This document shows positions 57,604 to 64,000 of a stretch of DNA of 64,000 bases, in pieces. The notes under the pieces were generated by a model. The model was not told the origin of the DNA, did no database searches, and saw nothing but the letters and a program-made list of their open reading frames with translations. Source of the stretch: Dehalococcoidia bacterium (lineage in GTDB: Bacteria > Chloroflexota > Dehalococcoidia > UBA2979); the NCBI GenBank assembly GCA_963667465.2, contig CAXXDN010000001.1, forward strand, positions 416,001-480,000. The letters run 5' to 3'. Positions within the stretch are counted from its first letter, which is position 1, and each line of letters opens with the position of its first letter. Position numbers and translations under genes: made by a program.

Positions 57604-59838
57604 GTGGCGGTCGACGACACGACACTCGAACGGATCGCGCTCTCGCGCGCCGAGTACGAGCGCCTCGTCGTCATGCTCGATCGCGAGCCGAACGGCCTCG
57701 AACTGGGCATGACCGCCGCGCTCTGGTCCGAGCATTGCGGCTACAAGCACACGCGCCCGCTGTTCCGCCACTTCCCGACCACCGGACCGAGCGTGCTCAC
57801 CGAGGCCGGCGCCGAGAACGCCGGCGCGATCGACCTCGGCGACGGCTGGTGCGCTGTCTTCAAGATGGAGTCCCACAACCACCCGTCCGCGATCGAGCCC
57901 TACGAGGGCGCGGCGACAGGCGTCGGCGGCATCCTGCGCGACATCTTCGCGATGGGCATGCGGCCCGTCGCGCTGCTCGACTCGCTGCGCTTCGGCCCGC
58001 TCGACGAGGCGCGCAACCGCCACCTCTTCGGCGATGTCGTCGCCGGCATCGGCGGCTACGGCAACTGCGTCGGCGTGCCGACCGTCGGCGGCGAGGTGCA
58101 GTTCGACCCCGCCTACGGCGGCAACCCGCTCGTTAACGCGATGTGCCTGGGCGTGGGGCGCGTGGAGCACCTGCTTTCCGCCTCGGCGCGTGGCGTCGGC
58201 AACCCGCTCGTGCTCGTCGGCGCGGACACCGGCCGCGACGGCATCCACGGCGCCACCTTCGCCTCGGTGGAGCTCGACGACGCCTCCGAGGAGCGCCGCC
58301 CCGCCGTGCAGGTTGGCAATCCGTTCATGGAGAAGCTGCTGCTCGAGGCCTGCGTCGAGCTGGCCGAGCAGCACGGCGACTGGGTCGAGGGCCTGCAGGA
58401 TCTCGGCGCGGCCGGACTGACCTCGAGCAGCGTCGAGGCCGCCGCGCGAGCGGGCACGGGCATCGATATCGACGTGGCGCGCGTGCCGCGCCGCGAGGCG
58501 GGCATGACGCCGGACGAGGTGATGCTGTCCGAGTCGCAGGAGCGGATGCTCGTCATCCCGAAGCGCGAGCACCTCGACGACGTACTCGCGCTGTTCCGTC
58601 GCTGGGAGCTGCACGCCGACGTGATCGGCGAGGTCACCGACGACGGCTACACCACGATCCGCGACGGCGAGACGGTCGCCGCGCGCATTCCGGTGGGCGT
58701 GCTCACAGACCCGCCTCAGTACGAGCTCGACTGCGAGCGGCCGGCCGACCTCGATCTTCGCCAGGCCGTGGACCTCGCGGCGCTGCCCGACTGCGATGAC
58801 CCGGCGGCTGAGCTGATCGCGCTGCTCGGATCGCCGAATATCGCGAGCCGCCGCTGGATCTACCGCCAGTACGACCACGAGGTGCTGACCGGCACCGTCG
58901 TCCCGCCCGGCGGCGACGCGGCGCTGATCTGGCTCAAGGGCACGGAGCGAGCGCTCGCCGTCGCCACCGACTGTAACGGCCGCCTCGTCGAGCTCGAGCC
59001 GCGCGTCGGGGCCGCCTGCGCGGTCGCCGAGGCGGCGCGCAACGTCGTCGCGGTCGGCGCGACGCCGGTGGCGGTCACGGACTGCCTCAACTTCGGCAAC
59101 CCCGAGCGCCCGCCGATCGCCTACCAGATCGAGCAGTCGATCCTCGGGCTGGCGGACGCCTGCCGCGCCTTCGGGACGCCTGTGGTCTCCGGCAACGCCT
59201 CGCTCTACAACGAGACGCCCGCGGGCGCGGTGCTGCCGACGCCGACGGTCGGCATGCTCGGCGTGCTCGACGACGTGGCGCGCCGCCTCACGCCCGCGCT
59301 CGCCGAGGGCGAGGATGTGCTGCTGATCGGCGCGCCGCTCGCCCAGCCGGCCGAGGCCCTCGCGGGCTCCGAGTACCTCGCCGCGCGCCACGAGCTGGTC
59401 GCGGGCAAGCCAACGATCGAGCTCGATCTCGAAGCCCGGGTCCAGCGGCTCGTGCTCGACGCTAACGAGCGCGGGCTGCTCAGCGCGGCGCACGACTGCG
59501 CCGACGGCGGCCTCGCCGTGACGCTTGCCGAGTCCTGTCTGGCCGGAGGCGTCGGGCTCGACGCGAGCGCCGCAGACCTCGGCGAACGCCTCGGCGCCGC
59601 GCTGTTCGGCGAGGCGCAGTCGCGCTTCGTCGTCGCCACGCCGGACGCCAGGTCCCGCGCCGCCCTCGAGGCACTCGCCGCCGAGGCGGGCGTCGAGGCG
59701 GTCGCGCTCGGCGTTGCCACGGGCGGGGGCGAGGCCGCGCGCCTGCGGCTGGGCCCGCTCGACGCCTCGCTGGCTGCGTTGCGCGAGGCGTACGAGGGCG
59801 GGTTGCCGCGGGCGCTGGGTGCGGGTGCTGCGCCGTAG
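57604..59838 (+). CDS. purL: FGAM synthase synthetase subunit
   Basis: WSEHCGYK, ESHNHPS, DLGAAG, SESQERM, QYD, LNFGNP. Confidence 0.96.
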   Translation: MAVDDTTLERIALSRAEYERLVVMLDREPNGLELGMTAALWSEHCGYKHTRPLFRHFPTTGPSVLTEAGAENAGAIDLGDGWCAVFKMESHNHPSAIEPYEGAATGVGGILRDIFAMGMRPVALLDSLRFGPLDEARNRHLFGDVVAGIGGYGNCVGVPTVGGEVQFDPAYGGNPLVNAMCLGVGRVEHLLSASARGVGNPLVLVGADTGRDGIHGATFASVELDDASEERRPAVQVGNPFMEKLLLEACVELAEQHGDWVEGLQDLGAAGLTSSSVEAAARAGTGIDIDVARVPRREAGMTPDEVMLSESQERMLVIPKREHLDDVLALFRRWELHADVIGEVTDDGYTTIRDGETVAARIPVGVLTDPPQYELDCERPADLDLRQAVDLAALPDCDDPAAELIALLGSPNIASRRWIYRQYDHEVLTGTVVPPGGDAALIWLKGTERALAVATDCNGRLVELEPRVGAACAVAEAARNVVAVGATPVAVTDCLNFGNPERPPIAYQIEQSILGLADACRAFGTPVVSGNASLYNETPAGAVLPTPTVGMLGVLDDVARRLTPALAEGEDVLLIGAPLAQPAEALAGSEYLAARHELVAGKPTIELDLEARVQRLVLDANERGLLSAAHDCADGGLAVTLAESCLAGGVGLDASAADLGERLGAALFGEAQSRFVVATPDARSRAALEALAAEAGVEAVALGVATGGGEAARLRLGPLDASLAALREAYEGGLPRALGAGAAP

Positions 59839-59847
59839 CACATCCGT

Positions 59848-60030
59848 TTGACAGGATAGTGCGCATGTTCTAACCTCGTACGGCTACGCCGGTGACGTTG
59901 GAGGTGTGCGGAAGGCGGCGATTGCGCTTGATTCGGGGTCGTGGATAGCCTGTTGGGCGACTGATGGGCTTTTCTACAACTCCATCGCCCACTGTGGCGG
60001 TGTGTGTAGAGCCTCGTTGACAACGTATGA
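59848..60030 (+). promoter_or_regulatory. promoter of the rplI-dnaB operon with DnaA-box-like motifs in a long leader
   Basis: TTGACA(59848)-17 bp-TAACCT(59871); CGTGGATAG, TTTTCTACA, CGTTGACAA downstream. Confidence 0.55.
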
Positions 60031-60097
60031 GCCGCCCGGGCGCGCCCCCGGCATAGTCATTGGCGACCCGGCTCCGGCACGGCGAGAGGGTTTCGGC

Positions 60098-60757
60098 GTG
60101 AAGGTCGTGTTTCTGGAGACCGTTGAGGGTTCGGGCACCCGTGGCGAGGTGAGAACTGTCGCCAATGGATATGCCCGCAACTACCTGTTGCCTCGCGGCC
60201 TGGCCGCTGCGGCAACGCCCGCTCTGCTCCGGCGAGCCGAAACGCTCGCCGCTCAGGAGGAAGAGCGGCAACGGCTCCTGGACGGGCAGGCCCATGAGCT
60301 CGTCGGCAAGCTCGAGGGCCAACGCCTGATCATGCCTGTGCGCGTTGGAGAGCAGGGACGTCTGTACGGTTCTGTCACAAATGCTGACATCGCCGAGAAG
60401 GCTGGGGAGATTCTCGGCGAAGAACTGGACAGACGTCGTGTGCTGCTGCCCGAGGCGATTCGCCAGGTCGGGGTCTACACCGTACCGCTGCGGCTGTCGC
60501 GCAACGTGACTGCCGATGCGGAGGTCGTCGTAGTGGACGTCGAGGCGCCGCAAGGCGTCGAAGACGCCGCTGAGGCGCTCGTCGCAGAAGCGGCTGCTGC
60601 CGAGGCAGGCGTGGAGGCCGGGGTGGATACCCCCGAACCGACGAACACCGAAGACGTGCCGGAGCCGGGCTACAGCGATCCCTCGGAAGAGGCCTCCGGC
60701 GAAGACGCACCACCTTCCCAGGATGGTGCGGACTCCGGAGACGCCACAGAGACCTAG
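60098..60757 (+). CDS. rplI: 50S ribosomal protein L9 with acidic tail
   Basis: VANGYARNYLLP, GRLYGSVT, IRQVG. Confidence 0.94.
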   Translation: MKVVFLETVEGSGTRGEVRTVANGYARNYLLPRGLAAAATPALLRRAETLAAQEEERQRLLDGQAHELVGKLEGQRLIMPVRVGEQGRLYGSVTNADIAEKAGEILGEELDRRRVLLPEAIRQVGVYTVPLRLSRNVTADAEVVVVDVEAPQGVEDAAEALVAEAAAAEAGVEAGVDTPEPTNTEDVPEPGYSDPSEEASGEDAPPSQDGADSGDATET

Positions 60758-60760
60758 CCC

Positions 60761-62188
60761 GTGGTCACGGGCCAGCCGGCTCAGCTCCGGCCTGAGCGCC
60801 GTCCCAGCGCGGGCGGGCTCCCGCCTCATGACGTCTCCGCCGAGCAGGCTGTCATCGCCGCCTTGCTCCTCGATCCCGACGCTTACCCGCGCGTGCTGCC
60901 GCTGCTGCGGCCCGAGGACTTCTTCCGCGAGCAGCACGGCTGGTGTTACGAGGCGTGCGCCGCCCTGGCCGATCGCGCCGAGCCGATCACGTTGCCCACC
61001 CTGGCCCACGAGCTCGAGCGCGCCGGCCGTCTCGACACGATCGGCGGCGAGCCCTACCTTGCCGAACTCGTCGGCCGGCACTTCAGCGCCGCCGGCGTCG
61101 AGGCGCACGCGCGCATCGTCGCCCGCGACGCGCTCTACCGGCGCATGATCCAGGTGGCCGGCCAGATCGCCCAGACCGCCTATGAGGGCGGCCCCGACGC
61201 CGGCCGCGTGATCGCCGCCGCCGAGGGCCTGCTGCTCAGCATCCGCTCCACCGAGGCCTCCGGCGAATTCGAGCGACTGCGCGATCTGCTCGACCAGTTC
61301 CTCGAGGATCCCGGCGAGGACGTCGAGGGCCAGCTGGTCGACGAGGTACGCGCCGGGTTCATGGACTTCGACCAGCTGACAGGCGGCTTCAAGCGCGGCG
61401 ATCTGATCATCGTGGCCGCGCGCACGGGCGTGGGGAAATCCGCGTTGCTCCTCAACTTCGCCCGTAACGCCGCCGTCGGCCAGAACGCCACGGCCGCGAT
61501 CTTCGCCCTCGAGATGTCCGCCGAGCAGCTCGCGATGCGCCTGCTCTCTGCCGAGGCGGACGTGGACGCGACGCGGCTGCGGCTCGGGATGCACAGCGAG
61601 GTCGAGGAGTCGCGCATCATGCACGCCATCGGCACGCTCGGCGAGGCCGCGATCTTCATCGACGACTCGGCGGTGCTCAGCGTGCCGGAGATCCGCGCCA
61701 AGTCCCGGCGGCTGCAGGCCGAGCACGGCCTGGACCTCGTGATCGTCGACTACCTGCAGCTGCTGCACTCGGCGACGGGGGGCGGCAGCGAGAATCGCGC
61801 CTCCGAGCTCGGCAAGATCACGCGTTCGCTCAAGGAGATGGCGCGCGAGCTCGAGGTGCCTGTCGTCGCCGCGGCGCAGCTCTCGCGCGCCGTCGAGACC
61901 CGTACGCCGCACATCCCGATGCTTTCCGACCTGCGCGAGTCCGGCTCGATCGAGCAGGACGCCGACATCGTGACGTTCATCTATCGCGAGGACGTCTACC
62001 GCACGCCCGAGGAGTGGCAGGACGCACATCCCGACCAGCCGGGCGGACAACACCCGAGCGGCATCGCCCAGCTGATCGTCGCGAAACACCGCAACGGCCC
62101 GACCGGCACCGTCTCCGTGCGCTTCCTCGACCGCACCGCCTCGTTCCAGGACCTGATCCTGCGCGAGCCGCCGCCGGAGTTCGAATGA
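60761..62188 (+). CDS. dnaB: replicative DNA helicase
   Basis: PPHDVSAEQAV, AARTGVGKS, VDYLQL, QLSR, SDLRESGSIEQDAD, KHRNGPTG. Confidence 0.96.
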   Translation: MVTGQPAQLRPERRPSAGGLPPHDVSAEQAVIAALLLDPDAYPRVLPLLRPEDFFREQHGWCYEACAALADRAEPITLPTLAHELERAGRLDTIGGEPYLAELVGRHFSAAGVEAHARIVARDALYRRMIQVAGQIAQTAYEGGPDAGRVIAAAEGLLLSIRSTEASGEFERLRDLLDQFLEDPGEDVEGQLVDEVRAGFMDFDQLTGGFKRGDLIIVAARTGVGKSALLLNFARNAAVGQNATAAIFALEMSAEQLAMRLLSAEADVDATRLRLGMHSEVEESRIMHAIGTLGEAAIFIDDSAVLSVPEIRAKSRRLQAEHGLDLVIVDYLQLLHSATGGGSENRASELGKITRSLKEMARELEVPVVAAAQLSRAVETRTPHIPMLSDLRESGSIEQDADIVTFIYREDVYRTPEEWQDAHPDQPGGQHPSGIAQLIVAKHRNGPTGTVSVRFLDRTASFQDLILREPPPEFE

Positions 62189-62955
62189 CACCCCCGGCGC
62201 TGCGGATCGAGGGGCTCGAGGGCGGAGTCGAAGGCGCGGCGCCCTTCCCGGGCTTCGTCGCCCGCGGGGCGGCGACGACGCTGCCCGCGCAGTTCTTCAC
62301 GGAGCTGCTGCCGCTGATCGACGACGCTGCCGAGCTGCGCGTCACGCTCTACGCGCTCTACGCGATCGCCCGGCGCAAGGGCACGCTTCGCGCCGTCCGC
62401 GTCTCCCAGCTCGCCTCGGAGGAGCCGCTGCGCCGTGCGTTGGAGGGCTGCGGCGGCGCCGCCGCGCTGGCGCCGGCGATCGAGCGCGCGGTCGCGCGCG
62501 GGAGCCTGCTCACGCTCGAGCTCGAGGACGGCGACACGCTCTGCTTCATGAACAGTGTGGGAGGACGCCGGAATCGCGAGCGCTTGCGCTCGGGCGCGCT
62601 CAGGCCGCCGCCGGGCGTGCGCATCGCGGCTCCTCGGGAGCAGCGCGGCGGTATCGAGGCGGACGCGCCGGCACGGGTCTACGAGCAGGAGATCGGCGCG
62701 CTCACGCCGGCGATCACGGACGTCCTCGACGCGGCCGCGGAGCGCTGGCCCGCGGACTGGATCGCGCAGGCGCTGCGGCTGGCCGCGCGACACAACGTGC
62801 GGCACTGGGCCTACGCCGAGTCGATCCTGCGCCGCTGGGAATCGGAAGGGATCGGACAGGAAGGAGGGCCGGCCGATGCGGAACCTGGCGCAGATCATGC
62901 GCGAGCGGAGCGCCGCGACCACGGACCGTACGAACGCGTCATCCGTCGCAGCTGA
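62185..62955 (+). CDS. DnaD-domain primosomal protein
   Basis: C-terminal YEQEIGALTP...WAYAESILRRW; overlaps dnaB and the loader gene. Confidence 0.8.
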   Translation: MTPPALRIEGLEGGVEGAAPFPGFVARGAATTLPAQFFTELLPLIDDAAELRVTLYALYAIARRKGTLRAVRVSQLASEEPLRRALEGCGGAAALAPAIERAVARGSLLTLELEDGDTLCFMNSVGGRRNRERLRSGALRPPPGVRIAAPREQRGGIEADAPARVYEQEIGALTPAITDVLDAAAERWPADWIAQALRLAARHNVRHWAYAESILRRWESEGIGQEGGPADAEPGADHARAERRDHGPYERVIRRS

Positions 62956-64000
62956 CCCTGCTTCCGCGATCGGGGAGCGCAAGCCGGCGTGCCCGCTTTG
63001 CCGGGGCGCTCGCTTCGTGCGCGTCACTGCCGATCTGGCGAGCCCGGAATTCGGGCGCGCCGTGCCCTGCGGCTGCGCCGCGCGCGAGGACGACGGCTCG
63101 CGCCGCGAGCGCCTGCTGCGTTACTCGCGCCTCGGGGCGCTCTCGCGTTTCAGCTTCGAGACGCTGCTGCCGCACGGCCGCTCGTCCGACCCGGCAGCGC
63201 AGCAGCGCTATGCGACCGCGGTCGAGGCGGCCCGCCGCTTCGCCGACGATCCGGAGGGCTGGCTTGTCTTCAGCGGCGTGCCCGGCTGCGGCAAGACGCA
63301 CCTCGCAGCGGCCATTGCCAACCGCGCGATCGAGCTCGGCCGACCCGCGCTCTTCCTCTCCGTCGCCGATTTCCTCGACCGCCTCCGCGCCTCCTACGAC
63401 GACGATGCGGAGGTCTCCTACGAGCGCCTCAGCGACCAGTTCCGCGAGGCGCCGCTGGCTGTGCTCGACGACCTCGACAGCTACTCGGAGACGCCGTGGG
63501 CGCGCGAGAAGTTCGCCCAGCTCGTCTCGCACCGCTTCCACGCCGCGCTGCCCACGGTCTTCACCTGCGTGCGCCAGCCCGAGCAGATCGACGAACGCCT
63601 TGGCGCACGGCTGAGCGACCCCGCGATCGCGCAGCACTTCACGCTCGAGGAGACCTCGTCGCCCCGCTACTTCGAGGTCGGCGGGATGTCGCGCGAGCGG
63701 CTCACCGAGCTCACGTTCGAGCGCTTCCGGCCCGGCGGGCACGGCCTCCGCGGGGAGCAGCGCCGCAACCTCGAGGGCGCGTTCCGGCTCGCGCGCGGCT
63801 GGGCGGAGCGCCCGGCCGGCTGGCTCGTGCTGCTCGGCGCGAACGGGAGCGGCAAGACGCACCTCGCGGCTGCCATCGCCGGCTACCGGCTGGAGCAGGG
63901 CGATCGCGTCGCCTTCGCCACCGCGCCCGACCTCCTCGACGAGCTGCGCGCGACGTTCGCGCCGGACTCTGCCGAGCGCTTCGATCCGCTGTTCCGCCGC
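62876..64000 (+). CDS. DnaC/DnaI/IstB-like helicase loader with tandem AAA+ domains (runs off window)
   Basis: CPLC...PCGC zinc motif; Walker A GVPGCGKT and a second GANGSGKT. Confidence 0.85.
   Translation, partial: MRNLAQIMRERSAATTDRTNASSVAADPASAIGERKPACPLCRGARFVRVTADLASPEFGRAVPCGCAAREDDGSRRERLLRYSRLGALSRFSFETLLPHGRSSDPAAQQRYATAVEAARRFADDPEGWLVFSGVPGCGKTHLAAAIANRAIELGRPALFLSVADFLDRLRASYDDDAEVSYERLSDQFREAPLAVLDDLDSYSETPWAREKFAQLVSHRFHAALPTVFTCVRQPEQIDERLGARLSDPAIAQHFTLEETSSPRYFEVGGMSRERLTELTFERFRPGGHGLRGEQRRNLEGAFRLARGWAERPAGWLVLLGANGSGKTHLAAAIAGYRLEQGDRVAFATAPDLLDELRATFAPDSAERFDPLFRR

Overview
High-GC bacterial chromosomal segment around the replication origin, most likely from Chloroflexota (Dehalococcoidia-like). 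This is an inference from the obgE-nadD-gyrB and rplI-dnaB-dnaD-tandem-AAA dnaC neighbourhoods and the paralogous enolase genes. Most of it is housekeeping: dapB, pnp, rpsO, pepA, dnaA, coaX/coaBC, obgE, nadD, gyrB, ychF, tatA, murT/gatD, lgt, folP/folK, purF (frameshifted), purM/H/Q/L, rpsU, rplI, dnaB. Notable non-routine content: (1) a ~10 kb sulfur-carrier (ubiquitin-like thiocarboxylate) Cys/Met biosynthesis region with three MoaD/CysO-type domains, one fused to a MoeB E1, plus a JAMM protease, rhodanese, CysK, CysM, a ThrC-like enzyme, a NIL protein and an unknown gene; the ThrC-like operon is preceded by an unannotated leader peptide ending H-M-V-M-R and alternative hairpins, a candidate methionine-sensing attenuator; (2) a b6-type Rieske/cytochrome b operon headed by an unannotated 35-aa membrane microprotein and followed by two unannotated desulforedoxin-like microproteins; (3) an IS110 element inserted in a 54-bp palindromic tandem repeat, with readable bridge-RNA guides; (4) a candidate oriC unwinding element upstream of obgE, detached from dnaA; (5) a PNPase with a long RGG tail and a three-way-junction rpsO leader. 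All calls were made by eye from motifs; no database searches were run.
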